Assembly (NCBI GenBank): GCA_002269645.1
Contig: NIVC01001937.1
Coordinates: forward strand, 124,001 to 188,000
DNA from: Macrostomum lignano
Taxonomy: Eukaryota
Reading direction: 5' to 3'
Length of the DNA: 64,000 nt
A program made the position numbers and the translations under genes. Positions 1-22,921 of the stretch are shown in pieces (the stretch's first letter is position 1; each line of letters begins with the position of its first letter). The notes beneath the pieces were generated by a model that saw only the letters and a program-made list of their open reading frames with translations, made no database searches and was not told where the DNA came from.

Positions 1-686
1 GCCAGGTCATTTTGCACCAATTTAAATTGCAAATTTTAAAGAGAATTAAATTATCAAAAAAATTTATGTTCCTTTTGTTATTGTCAAATATCATCCTTTA
101 GATAGAAATCATTGCAGCAATAACTAAGCTCCATAATTTCCCATTTGCTAATATTGATAGATGCTTTTATTAAAAACTGTCATTGTAAAGTTTAGTAGCT
201 AAAACTCTTATAATATTTATTCTCTTAAAAAATGGTGTACAAGAAACTCTGGGCTTGGTATAATTTTTTTTAATTTTATGTTGTTTTAAATTGAAAAAAC
301 ATGATTTTCATTCCGGTGTACACCTGCCATGATCTAGACTATGGGGCCTAGCCTAAGTAGGCACATAGAAGTAGATATATATAACATAGGTCTGCTCACA
401 CATGAGTTTATATAGTGGCCTTGACTTTTTATTATTAGGTATATGCATTTCACTGTGCCACTGTCACATGCATTTTCTTTGTGAAGTTTTGGTATAATAT
501 ATTTAATTGGCTATTTCTAGTTCAAATTTATGAAAATGATATAGCTAAATTATTGAAAAGTATAATTAATAGATTTAAATTATGCAAAACTGCAAATTTT
601 GCTTGAAATTTTTTACTTGACTACTAAGCATAGCTAATTAGCTTCATCACTCATTTAGCTTTGCTTTTCTAACCTCACAATTTTAG

Positions 687-10773
<10,087 letters not shown>

Positions 10774-12019
10774 TGTTATTTTCATTGACTAGTGTCCGAT
10801 CTTTGTTAGTTTATGCATATCGTCAACCTCACGTTCTCCACCTTTACGTAGTCCCGATGAAAACGGGAGGCTAAGAAACGACCCACCAGAGTCACTTGCG
10901 TCGCCCCAAATAGGAAAGAAGTGACTCTTAGATAGACGAATCTAGAACGACGAGACGTCACGGTACAAGTCGCCCGCCATAAAGTCGTCAAAGAGTCGCC
11001 TGAGAGTCAATTTCAAACGTTTTATTGTCTGCAATCACTATTTAGCGATTGTTGTCACGGGTAACGTTTTCACCGGGTGTGTCGCTTTCGCTGACATTTC
11101 CAGTGCTCCCTGTCTAGTCGCACGGGAGCTTCGAGCACTGCCGCAGATCCCTGAGCACCAACACGCACACGGATATGTACTCAGGCCCCACCCTCACACA
11201 GGGTGTACACAAGCCCTGACTCTCCAAGCCTTATTAATTGCAGTATTTCTCTTTGTCAGCTCCTACGTAGCAGAAGCAGTATTTTCTTAGTAAGTAAATC
11301 CTTGCAATACTACTTACTCTCAGCGGCGTTAGTAGTACATAGTAGTGGCGTTGTAATCACCGATTTTTTCTAACACCATTCTGTCCAGCATACTGCTACT
11401 AGCCTAATTAACATAATTTATTGTGCACTTAGTATACGCGACACACTTGATTCCTGTGCCAACGCCCGACCTGGCTCACTAATCATAGATTTTATAGATT
11501 TTCTGTACATAAGGAGCTCCTTTGTTGACTTCAAGTCGGCTAGTTATGGCTGTCAGATCTATTATTATAAACCTGCTGTCTGCCTTATACACGCAGTTCT
11601 ATCATTTGGTCTGTGATTCCTGCGCCACTTTGCCTTTCCTTACCCTGCTCTGCTGAGCAAATTTTAAGCTATAGGAAATCATTGTGCTTCAATTCACTCG
11701 AAGCCGCTAATGGGCTTTATTGATTTGTGCAAAATGCTACTGATAAGTAGTTGGATTTGGACTTTATTTGTTAGAAAATAACAATCAAATTGAACGTGTT
11801 GGTAATGATTTCTCCTACAGCGAGTTTTTCTACGAGTTTTTTTACACAATCTGTTACTAAATCTATTTTTTGATAATCTCCATCCTATAATCATCCGCTG
11901 TCTATTGATTTCCAGTCTATCAACTTGGTTTTTCAGTGATATAAATTAGGACTAGATATGTAAAAATTGAAACTAATTGCATTGCTCTTTTAGCATTTGT
12001 TTTCACTGATTTTGGTCAG

Positions 12020-12640
12020 CGGGACCTGGGATCTGGTGGGGAAGCTATCAGCGGGATCTGGGGAAGTTATCAGCGGGATCTGGGGAAGTTATCAGCGGGA
12101 TCTGGGGAAGTTATCAGCGGGATCTGGGGAAGTTATCAGCGGGATCTGGGGAAGCTATCAGCGGGATCTGGGGAAGTTATCAGCGGGATCTGGGGAAGCT
12201 ATCAGCGGGATCTGGGGAAGCTATCAGCGGAATCTGGGGAAGTTATCAGCGGGATCTGGGGAAGCTATCAGCGGGATCTGGGGAAGTTATCAGCGGGATC
12301 TGGGGAAGCTATCAGCGGGATCTGGGGAAGCTATCAGCGGGATCTGGGGAAGTTATCAGCGGGATCTGGGGAAGCTATCAGCTTGACCTGAAGCTATCAG
12401 CGGGGCCTGGGATCTGGTGGGGAAGCTATCAGCGGGATCTGGGATCTGGTGGGGAAGCTATCAGCGGGATCTGGGATCTGGTGGGGAAGCTATCAGCGAG
12501 GCCTGGGATCTGATGGGGAAGCTATGAGCGGGATCTGGGATCTGGTGGGGAAGCTATGAGCGGGACCTGGGATCTGAAAAAAGACACCAGCGGGACCTTG
12601 GATTTCGTAAAGACGCCGGCGGGATCTGGGATCTCATCAC
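12020..12640. repeat. 22-bp minisatellite (CAGCGGGATCTGGGGAAGTTAT)
   Basis: Direct tandem units. Confidence 0.95.
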
Positions 12641-13079
12641 AAGCACTTGAATTGGTTTGTGGCTTTAAAATGAATAAAAAATGATTTTTCGATAAGGCTG
12701 TTGCCACACTGCAAGTGGATGATGATGGAATGCGTCATCTCAGCCGCGACCCCATGAGATTGATGGCCGGCGTGACAGAGAATTGGCTGCTGTTGGTGAG
12801 TCACTCCGCCGCTATGGCTTATCTCCGGCGCTGCCCCGTCCCAAGGCGCTTCTCTGAGATAAATACCCCAGCACCAAGCTCAGCTGAGCACTGCATCCTT
12901 TTGCATGCGCAATTATGAATTTTGCATTGGGCGCCTGTCTTGCAGATATGCTCCGGATTCAATATCCGCCCTTTTGTGAGGGCAAGGCTTGTGTTGCGAA
13001 ACTGCCACCCGCTATGAGAATGCTTCGACGTTGTTAAATTAGTCTGACTGATTGAGAATACCAAGAAGTTTTTTATCGG

Positions 13080-13810
13080 ATCATGGCCCTCACCCAGTCT
13101 CTAAAATCGGTCATGGCCCTTACACAGTCTCTAAAATCGGTCATGGCCCTTACCCAGTCTCTAAAATCGGTCATGGCCCTCACCCAGTCTCTAGACCTGG
13201 TCATGGCCCTCCTTCAATCTCTAGAATTGGTTATGACCCTCACCCAGTCTCTAGATCTGGTCGTGACCCTCACCCAGTCTCTAGATCTGGTCGTGACTCT
13301 CATCCAGTCTCTAGACCTGGTCATGGCCCTCACTCAGTCTCTAGACCTGGTCATGACCCTCACCCAGTCTCTAGATCTGGTCATGGCCCTCACTCAGTCT
13401 CTAGACCTGGTCATGGCCCTCACCCAGTCTAGAATAGGTCATGACCCTCATCCAGTCTAGAATAGGTCATGACCCTCACCCAGCCTAGAATAGGTCATGA
13501 CCCTCACCCAGTCTAGAATCGGTCATGACCCTCACCCAGTCTAGAATAGGTCATGACCCTCACCCAGCCTAGAATAGGTCATGACCCTCACCCAGTCTAG
13601 AATCGGTCATGACCCTCACCCAGTCTAGAATCGGTCATGACCCTCACCCAGTCTAGAATCGGTCATGACCCTCACCCAGTCTAGAATCGGTTATGACCCT
13701 CACTCAGTCTAGAATCGGTCATGACCCTCATCCAGTCTAGAATCGGTCATGACCCTCACCCAGTCTAGAATCGGTCATGACCCTCATCCAGTCTAGAATC
13801 GGTCATGACC
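13080..13810. repeat. 30-bp grading to 28-bp minisatellite (GGTCATGACCCTCACCCAGTCTAGAATC)
   Basis: Direct tandem units with a polarised change of unit type. Confidence 0.95.
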
Positions 13811-14619
13811 GCATTTCCCAATCCTAGCAAGCTGCATATGAACTGATCAAATCGACCAAATTCGCACTACTCAAAGCAGCTGATTTGGCCGAGCCAATTA
13901 TTCAAAGAACTCAAACGAAATCATTTCTAATGAGAATTTTTTATCTGAAATTGCCTGTGTTGCAGCAATGCGATTTCTCCTGTTGCTCCTTTTTTTCCGA
14001 TCCTGATCGCTGTTACTCACCCCGCCCGGGGGGTCGAATCTGGCTAGAAATTGAGTCCATTAATCCCTATCAGGAAGCCAATATCTACCCTGGCTTTCCC
14101 CAGTCTTAGCCCGCTGATCCCATCAACCCGAGATCCCTACAGTCGCTCCCGTTGGAGGGGAATCTTTTTGGGCAGCAGGGGCCGACTTGTGACAGAGGAA
14201 TTAAGGACTGGAGCGGGGGGCGTTTAGTCACCATGATTGATCGGGGCTCATGAGGAGCGAGCCCCGACCCCAGCAAAGAAACAAGCAGCCGGCTGATTGT
14301 CGGGATGAAGCAGGGAGGCTGGGAGCTCCATATACGGTATATATACACTGTATATATATACGCGCATATACGCCTGCGCGCAGTTAATGCTCTGCGCGCG
14401 GCACTGGCATCGCGCATGGATTAGCAGTGGCCCCGTACAGGAGAACCAATGCGTCAGTGATGGAGTTGACCCAGCGCCTTTTGGATGACTCATGCTCGAT
14501 TGGGCTGTGTCCGACATTGACTCTCAATGCGGCGTTCTAGTAGCATGGACGTAGTGTCCTTTTCATGTTCTCCTGTGCCTCCTGTGCCTATTTACTAAAT
14601 TAAAGCCATGCTGCTCGCA

Positions 14620-15445
14620 TTGGACTCGTGTCCGGGTCTACTAGATTCGTGTCCAGGTTTTATTGGACTCATGTCCGTGATTCTAAGACTCGTGTCCGGG
14701 TCTATTAGATTCATGTCCGGGTTTTATTGGACTCTTGTCCGGAATTCTAAGACTCGTGTCCGGATCTACTAGATTCATGTCCAGGTTTTATTGGACTCTT
14801 GTCCGTGATTCTAAGACTCGTGTCCGGGTCTATTAGATTCATGTCCGGGTTTTATTGGACTCTTGTCCGTGATTCTAAGACTTGTGTCCGGATCTACTAG
14901 ATTCGTGTCCGGGTTTTATTGGACTCATGTCCGTGATTCTAAGACTCGTATCCGGTTCTACTAGATTCGTGTCCGGGTTTTATTGGACTCTTGTCCGTGA
15001 TTCTAAGACTCGTGTCCGGGTCTATTAGATTCATGTCCAGGTTTTATTAGACTCTTGTCCGTGATTCTAAGACTCGTGTCCGGGTCTACTAGATTCGTGT
15101 CCAGGTTTTATTGGACTCTTGTCCGTGATTCTAAGACTCGTGTCCGGATCTACTAGATTCGTGTCCGGGTTTTATTGGACTCTTGTCCGTGATTCTAAGA
15201 CTTGTGTCAGGATCTAAGCCTCTTTATTGGACTCTTGTCCGTGATTCTAAGACTTGTGTCCGGATCTAAGCCTCTTTATTGGACTCTTGTCCGTGATTCT
15301 AAGCCTCTTGTTCGGATCTACTATATTCGTGTCCAGGCTTGTAAGACTCGTGTCCGGGTTTCTAAGACTTGTGTCCCGTTTTCTTAGACTCGTGTCCGGA
15401 TTTATCGGACTCGTATCCTGGTTAATTAGACTAGTGTCCGGGTTT
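14620..15445. repeat. ~59-bp tandem repeat built from three ~20-bp GTCCG subunits
   Basis: Recurrent GGACTCTTGTCCGTGATTCTAAGACTCGTGTCCGGG. Confidence 0.92.
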
Positions 15446-15637
15446 ACCAAACTCACAACAGAGACAGTCTAAGCAATTCAAATTGCATTTAAAAAGCAAC
15501 TCAAATTTTCAACAGCACTGACTCGCGGCTCCCCCATCAGCAGCATAGCAACTCTTCACTCTTGTCAAGCCAATATCAATACCCACAGCTGCACGCACGC
15601 AGGCTTTTAGCAGTCGCCATGCGGGAAGGATTTAAAC

Positions 15638-15987
15638 GCCAAGTTGAAACTCTTGATTGATCCTCCCAGCGCCCAGTCTAAACATTCGCTGGATTGCCAA
15701 GTTGAAACTCTTGATTGATCCTCCCAGCGCCCAGTCTAAACATTCGCTGGATTGCCAAGTTGAAACTCTTGATTGATCCTCCCAGCGCCCAGTCTAAACA
15801 TTCGCTGGATTGCCAAGTTGAAACTCTTGATTGATCCTCCCAGCGCCCAGTCTAAACATTCGCTGGATTGCCAAGTTGAAACTCTTGATTGATCCTCCCA
15901 GCGCCCAGTCTAAACATTCGCTGGATTGCCAAGTTGAAACTCTTGATTGATCCTCCCAGCGCCCAGTCTAAACATTCGCTGGATTGC
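15638..15987. repeat. Six essentially identical 58-bp tandem units
   Basis: Unit GCCAAGTTGAAACTCTTGATTGATCCTCCCAGCGCCCAGTCTAAACATTCGCTGGATT, period 58. Confidence 0.97.
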
Positions 15988-16854
15988 ATCGCATTTTTGT
16001 TTGCTTCTCCTTCTAGCCCGGCGCTGTCGCGTTAGTCAGAGGTGGGCTAACCACCGCCACCCCCTCTCTGGGTTGAGCCATGGCTTCGGGGGATCTTGGG
16101 GCAAAAGCAGCAGACACAAGAAAAAGAGTGAAAGCAAACTTTCCGCTCATGACACCTTCCCGCAGTGTGCGTGCGGCTTGGCTGGCAGGAATGCCGGCTG
16201 CTGGGGTAGAAGATGCAGTGTTTAGCAACACGGCTACCCCTGCAGCACTGCAGCCGGTCTGCCTGCCCGCTGCTGATCTCTCATTGCTTGTCGGCGCGGC
16301 GCCTTTGATCCCCAATCCCCTAAACCCCAAACCCACCCCGGGTATTGTCGGGAAAGATGTTTTTCGCATGGGCTTCGATTCTGAGAGCCGGGAGGATCCC
16401 GCTGTGATGGACAGGTCAGCTGCTGTGGACCTTGAAGTGGCAGCCCTTTGTCTCCTGCTTCTCCCATAGCCTCTCTTCCACTCGATCCCCACCAGCATCT
16501 GGTCGAATCCACCTTAGTTTTGGCTGGCGTCCCGCGCTGCCATTTAGGCTCCCACAGACTGTTGGGAAACATTTTTTCAAAACGAAATAGACATCAGAGC
16601 CCGTTGAAAAAATTCTGTCTAGCCCTGTTGGACAGTTGAAGTGGAACAGATTTGGCTGACGTCAATATAAAAGTTCTTCTTTTGTTTGTTCTGCCTGCAT
16701 GCCTGGGTGGGGAGATGTAAGGAATGATTTCTTCAAGAGCATGCGCTGTCAGCTGTGCGCTGTACCAATGAGCATGAGCTCTGTGTGATGAGCGGCTCTG
16801 GACAAATTCGCTACAGACTATATTTAAAAGAGAATCTATAAATCAGAATGGCAG

Positions 16855-18870
16855 GGGACAAAATGTCCATACATCACAAAGACTGGGACAAAGTGTCCAT
16901 AGACACTATGACTGGGACAAAATGTCCATACAGACACAAAGACTGGGACAAAGTGTCCATAGACACTATGACTGGGACAAAATGTCCATACAGACACAAA
17001 GACTGGGACAAAGTGTCCATAGACACTATGACTGGGACAAAATGTCCATACAGACACAAAGACTGGGACAAAGTGTCCATAGACACTATGACTGGGACAA
17101 AATGTCCATACAGACACAAAGACTGGGACAAAGTGTCCATAGACACTATGACTGGGACAAAATGTCCATACAGACACAAAGACTGGGACAAAGTGTCCAT
17201 AGACACTATGACTGGGACAGTGTCCATAGACCATGATTAGGACAAAATATCCATAGACACGCAGATTAAGACAATGTCCATAGACACAAAAACTGGGACA
17301 AAGTGTCCATAGACACTATGACTGGGACAGTGTCCATAGACACTATGACTGGGACAAAGTGTCCATAAACACAATAACTGGGACAAAGTGTCCATAAACA
17401 CAATGACTGGGACAAAGTGTCCATAGACCATGATTAGGACAAAATATCCATAGACACGCAGATTAAGACAATGTCCATAGACACAAAAACTGGGACAAAG
17501 TGTCCATAGACACCATGACTGGGACAGTTTCCATAAACACAATGACTGGGACAAAGTGTCCATAAACACCATGACTGGGACAAAGTGTCCATAAACACAA
17601 TGACTGGGACAAAGTGTCCATAAACACAATGACTGGGACAAAGTGTCCATAAACACAATGACTGGGACAAAGTGTCCATAAACACAATGACTGGGACAGT
17701 TTCCATAAACACAATGACTGGGACAAAGTGTCCATAAACACAATGACTGGGACAAAGTGTCCATAAACACAATGACTGGGACAGTTTCCATAAACACAAT
17801 GACTGGGACAAAGTGTCCATAAACACAATGACTGGGACAAAGTGTCCATAAACACAATGACTGGGACAAAGTGTCAATAAACACAATGACTGGGACAAAG
17901 TGTCCATAAACACAATGACTGGGACAAAGTGTCCATAAACACAATGACTGGGACAAAGTGTCCATAAACACAATGATTGGGACAAAGTGTCCATAAACAC
18001 AATGACTGGGACAAAGTGTCCATAAACACAATGACTGGGACAAAGTGTCCATAAACACAATGACTGGGACAGTTTCCATAAACACAATGACTGGGACAAA
18101 GTGTCCATAAACACAATGACTGGGACAAAGTGTCCATAAACACAATGACTGGGACAAAGTGTCAATAAACACAATGACTGGGACAAAGTGTCCATAAACA
18201 CAATGACTGGGACAAAGTGTCCATAAACACAATGACTGGGACAAAGTGTCCATAAACACAATGACTGGGACAAAGTGTCCATAAACACAATGACTGGGAC
18301 AGTTTCCATAAACACAATGACTGGGACAAAGTGTCCATAAACACAATGACTGGGACAAAGTGTCCATAAACACAATGACTGGGACAAAGTGTCCATAAAC
18401 ACAATGACTGGGACAAAGTGTCAATAAACACAATGACTGGGACAGTTTCCATAAACACAATGACTGGGACAAAGTGTCCATAAACACAATGACTGGGACA
18501 AAATGTCCATAAACACAATGACTGGGACAAAGTGTCAATAAACACAATGACTGGGACAAAGTGTCCATAAACACAATGACTGGGACAAAGTGTCCATAAA
18601 CACAATGACTGGGACAAAGTGTCCATAAACACAATGACTGGGACAAAGTGTCCATAAACACAATGACTGGGACAGTTTCCATAAACACAATGACTGGGAC
18701 AAAGTGTCCATAAACACAATGACTGGGACAAAGTGTCCATAAACACAATGACTGGGACAAAGTGTCCATAAACACAATGACTGGGACAAAGTGTCCATAA
18801 ACACAATGACTGGGACAAAGTGTCCATAGACACAATGACTGGGACAAAGTGTCAATGGGCACAATGACTG
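16855..18870. repeat. 29-bp minisatellite (CATAAACACAATGACTGGGACAAAGTGTC) with 60-bp dimeric higher-order block and 27-bp variants
   Basis: Lines repeat exactly at a 60-bp period over ~16860-17220. Monomers follow. Confidence 0.97.
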
Positions 18871-19314
18871 GGAGGAAATTGCCTATTTGGCTGTGGACAG
18901 AGTCATCATGCTCTATTTTTAACCGCTTCAAACAAACTGCAGGCAGGTGGATTTAGCGGTAAACTTTTGCTTTTTGTAAGCAGAAATTCTTGTCTCCATG
19001 CGACAGCCGCAGTCTAAATAAACCTCAGGGCTGGAGGCACAGGCACGCATTCAGGCTCTCACTAATACAAGCCGAGTCTTTGTCCACTCCGCCTGCAAAA
19101 TCTAAAATCAAATGGGATGAAGCATTTCTGATCGAATCCTTCTCTTTGTGCGATTGTTTTTTTCTGTTGATGCTTCCGCTTCTCCGGAACTGTTTGCAGC
19201 ATTTGTGTTGGCCAGGTGCACTGCGCGAATGGGAGCTGTGACGGTACTAGAATTACTGCCACAGTACGCTTTTAAACACACCTCATGTCCTTCCAAGCGC
19301 ATACCTCCGACCTC

Positions 19315-19935
19315 CGAGTCATTGTTTACAACCCTCCGAGTCATTGTACAGTCCTCCGAGTCATTGTGTACAACCCTCCGAGTCATTGTACAGTCCTCCG
19401 AGTCATTGTGTACAACCCTCTGAGTCATTGTACAGTCCTCCGAGTCATTGTACAGTCCTCCGAGTCGTTGTACAGTCCTCCGAGTCATTGTACAGTCCTC
19501 CGAGTCATTGTGTACAACCCTCCGAGTCATTGTACAGCTCAAAGAAGCATTGTACAGCTCTCAGAGTCATTGTACAGCTTGCAGAGTCATTGTACAGCTC
19601 ACAGTCATTGTAAAGCTCACAGTCATTGTACAGCTCACAAAGTCATTTTACAGCTCACAGAGTCATTGTACAGCTCACAGAGTCATTGTAAAGCTCACAA
19701 AATCATTTTACAGCTCACAGAGTCATTGTACAGATTGCAGAGTCATTGTACAGCTCACAGAGTCATTGCACAGCTCACAGAATTATTGTACAGCCTTCTG
19801 AGTCATTATACAGCTCACAGAGTCATTGCACAGCCTTCTGAGTCATTGTACAGCTCACAGAGTCATTGCACAGCCTTCTGAGTCATTGTACAGCTCACAG
19901 AGTCATTGTACAGCCATCTGAGTCATTGTACAGTC
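19315..19935. repeat. ~20-bp minisatellite (GAGTCATTGTACAGTCCTCC / CAGCTCACA variants)
   Basis: Direct tandem units. Confidence 0.93.
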
Positions 19936-20149
19936 CTTTGTATGCCTCAGTATGAATATGATACTTTTCCTTGCATATATATAATTAATCGATCTATATT
20001 ATCAAATGAAGCTGTGTGCACACTAATATCATCCAGTTAGAAAATGTTTCAATTCTTACATGCCAGTCAAATCCAATGTTTATGAAATAAATTTTATCAC
20101 GCCCAGTCGCTGTGCATAGCAGAGTTTATCAGATATTGAACAGGAAAAT

Positions 20150-20400
20150 ATTGTACATGTATTTCACATATTCGTCGTGGACCACCTTTGGCTGCTATAG
20201 TGCCATAAATCTTCTGCTAGAATAGATTTTCAATTGTTTATTTATGGGACTGTGCTAAGCTGTATTGTGCCGGTTTGAACAGTAACTTTAGTAAGTAAAG
20301 GCCTTAGTAAAAATCAGGGGGGTCATGTTTCCTAAAAAAATCTTGCCTGCAGCGCTAAAAGGCCAAAATGCATGTTCCACGTTCGTCTTCAGATTGATGA
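20150..20400 (-). mobile_element. Decayed Tc1-like transposase C-terminus
   Basis: The minus strand reads ...GTIAAKGGP..., resembling the Tc1 terminal AVIAAKGGxTKY motif. It has frameshifts and stops. Confidence 0.35.
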
Positions 20401-20437
20401 ACCTTCGGGACTTTCAATACGGTGACAAATCGCGTGT

Positions 20438-20730
20438 AAGTAATAATAATTGATTACACCTGCCCCAATTGAGACAGATTTACAACCGACAGCTCAGCCG
20501 CAGCTATTTGCGCGGCGCATCTGAAGGCTGCGTACGGCTGTTCAGTCCAAGGACTGGGGGGAGGGGGGTCGCCACACACCCTCAGTTACCCCAGCTAATG
20601 CTGGCACCCATTTTACAGCTGGGTGAACTGAAGCAATGCAGAGTTGTGTCTTGCTCAATTGACACAAATCGTTCCAGTGGAATCAGGAATGGAACCTCCG
20701 ACCTTCAAGTCATGAGTCGCTACAACCCCA
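20438..20730 (-). mobile_element. tRNA-headed CORE-SINE (MIR-like)
   Basis: On the minus strand there is a tRNA-like head with B box GGTTCCATTCC (20696-20686) and an (ATT)n-like tail at ~20438. On the plus strand, CCCATTTTACAGCTGGGTGAACTG..GTGTCTTGCTCAA resembles the MIR core CCCATTTTACAGATGAGGAAACTG..GTGACTTGCCCAA. Confidence 0.65.
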
Positions 20731-21248
20731 TCATTAAGTGTAATTATGGAGCTCAATATTGCACTAGAAGAGGAACAGGAAGTCGGGTACGTGGCAGCAA
20801 CAGCAAAAATGATGCTTCGGAAGGACCACCCCCGCTACATTGTCATTGCACTTTGACGACTTTTATCTGCATTCACATGGAGCCTGCCATTGTGTACCAA
20901 ACAGATTGATTTCCCATGCAGCACAGAGCAAGCAGCTGCTGCGTTGGCCTCGTGTATATTTAGCTAGTTGAACCATCAGCTGCTGGCTGCAATCCGCATG
21001 AATATAATAATTCGATACACTGCAGAGGGGGTGCCTGCTAAAACTCAGATAAAAGCCGCGCTGCACAACTTGTGGCGATGGCTTAAGATGCACATTGTAT
21101 CTGGGCGATGCCAATGTTTGCGCATCTGATATGCAAGCTAGGAGAATTAAGGGAACCAATATTTCTTATTGCCATGAAGGCCCCTCGGCTGGGTGTTCTG
21201 CATTGGGTGCGGCAGCAGTTCAAGCTGTGACAGGCCCAGATCCCATGC

Positions 21249-21249
<1 letters not shown>

Positions 21250-21281
<32 letters not shown>
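21250..21281. repeat. (TG)n microsatellite
   Basis: Direct reading of the sequence. Confidence 0.95.
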
Positions 21282-21283
<2 letters not shown>

Positions 21284-21761
21284 AGCCAGCTGATACGAAG
21301 GGCGGAGGACAAACACGTCAAGCTGCTGCAGCCCCCCCAGTTCCCCTTGGCCTGTCCATCAGCCTGCAACTGGTGTGCCACAGAGCAAACACTGCAGCGC
21401 TGCGGGGGCGACCCTCCAGCCTCCTCCTCCTTCAGAGGCAGAATCTGAGATTAATACTTGCTGCGCTGCTTCTTCTAGAAGCAAGTGGAATGAGATAAGC
21501 TGGGCGCCACTTCTAGTAAGGCCAGGATTTTTGTTTTTGGAGGGCACCGAGTTTTAAACTGACTGGCCGCTCTGACATGCCGAATTTCGGTCGCAGCAAG
21601 TGGAAGCTCGATCCTTTGAATGCTCAGGTTTTGGGATTTTATCCCCAGAGCGCGATTCTGCGCCCCATCAATTGTGATACTGTTGAGGGAGCATTGTAGG
21701 ATTCCAAGCTGGAATCATTCATTCTAAATGTACATGTCGACATCTTTCCTTCTGTACATGT

Positions 21762-22921
21762 AGCTGGCATCATTCCTTGCTGTATAAAGCTGGCATCATT
21801 CCTTACTGTATATAGCTGGCATCATTCCTTACAGTATATAGCTGGCATCATTCCTTACTGTATATAGCTGGCATCATTCCTTACAGTATATAGCTGGCAT
21901 CATTCCTTACAGTATATAGCTGGCATCATTCCTTACAGTATATAGCTGGCATCATTCCTTACAGTATATAGCTGGCATCATTCCTTACAGTATATAGCTG
22001 GCATCATTCCTTACAGTATATAGCTGGCATCATTCCTTACAGTATATAGCTGGCATCATTCCTTACAGTATATAGCTGGCATCATTCCTTACAGTATATA
22101 GCTGGCATCATTCCTTACAGTATATAGCTGGCATCATTCCTTACAGTATATAGCTGGCATCATTCCTTACAGTATATAGCTGGCATCATTCCTTACAGTA
22201 TATAGCTGGCATCATTCCTTACAGTATATAGCTGGCATCATTCCTTACAGTATATAGCTGGCATCATTCCTTACTGTATATAGCTGGCATCATTCCTTAC
22301 AGTATATAGCTGGCATCATTCCTTACAGTATATAGCTGGCATCATTCCTTACAGTATATAGCTGGCATCATTCCTTACAGTATATAGCTGGCATCATTCC
22401 TTACAGTATATAGCTGGCATCATTCCTTACAGTATATAGCTGGCATCATTCCTTACAGTATATAGCTGGCATCATTCCTTACAGTATATAGCTGGCATCA
22501 TTCCTTACAGTATATAGCTGGCATCATTCCTTACAGTATATAGCTGGCATCATTCCTTACAGTATATAGCTGGCATCATTCCTTACAGTATATAGCTGGC
22601 ATCATTCCTTACAGTATATAGCTGGCATCATTCCTTACAGTATATAGCTGGCATCATTCCTTACAGTATATAGCTGGCATCATTCCTTACAGTATATAGC
22701 TGGCATCATTCCTTACAGTATATAGCTGGCATCATTCCTTACAGTATATAGCTGGCATCATTCCTTACAGTATATAGCTGGCATCATTCCTTACAGTATA
22801 TAGCTGGCATCATTCCTTACAGTATATAGCTGGCATCATTCCTTACAGTATATAGCTGGCATCATTCCTTACTGTATATAGCTGGCATCATTCCTTACAG
22901 TATATAGCTGGCATCATTCCT
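21762..22921. repeat. Highly homogeneous 26-bp minisatellite (TATATAGCTGGCATCATTCCTTACAG), ~44 copies
   Basis: Only rare CAG/CTG variants. Confidence 0.98.

Noticed and set aside
12715-12797. Possible missing TRAPPC10 C-terminal exon (LMAGVTENWLLL then GTGAGT)
   Set aside because: Only a vague likeness to LMYEVVDNSSNWAV, with no convincing acceptor or in-frame link to 10627-10773.
14240-14266. 9-bp GC-rich hairpin TCGGGGCTC/GAGCCCCGA and a nearby 8-bp stem
   Set aside because: Isolated short stems are expected by chance in GC-rich DNA, and there is no other support.
15638-15987. CRISPR-like appearance of regular arrays (also 21762-22921)
   Set aside because: The units are directly adjacent with no unique spacers, there are no cas genes, and the context is eukaryotic.
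16302-16310. TCF/LEF consensus CCTTTGATC (also CTTTGATC near 27998) around Frizzled
   Set aside because: A few 7-9-mer hits in 64 kb are expected by chance, and they are not clustered.
17237-18931. 564-aa ORF and overlapping ORFs (also 32631-33530, 54741-55928, 59432-60413)
   Set aside because: Stop-free tandem repeats or CT tracts that are open in several frames at once.
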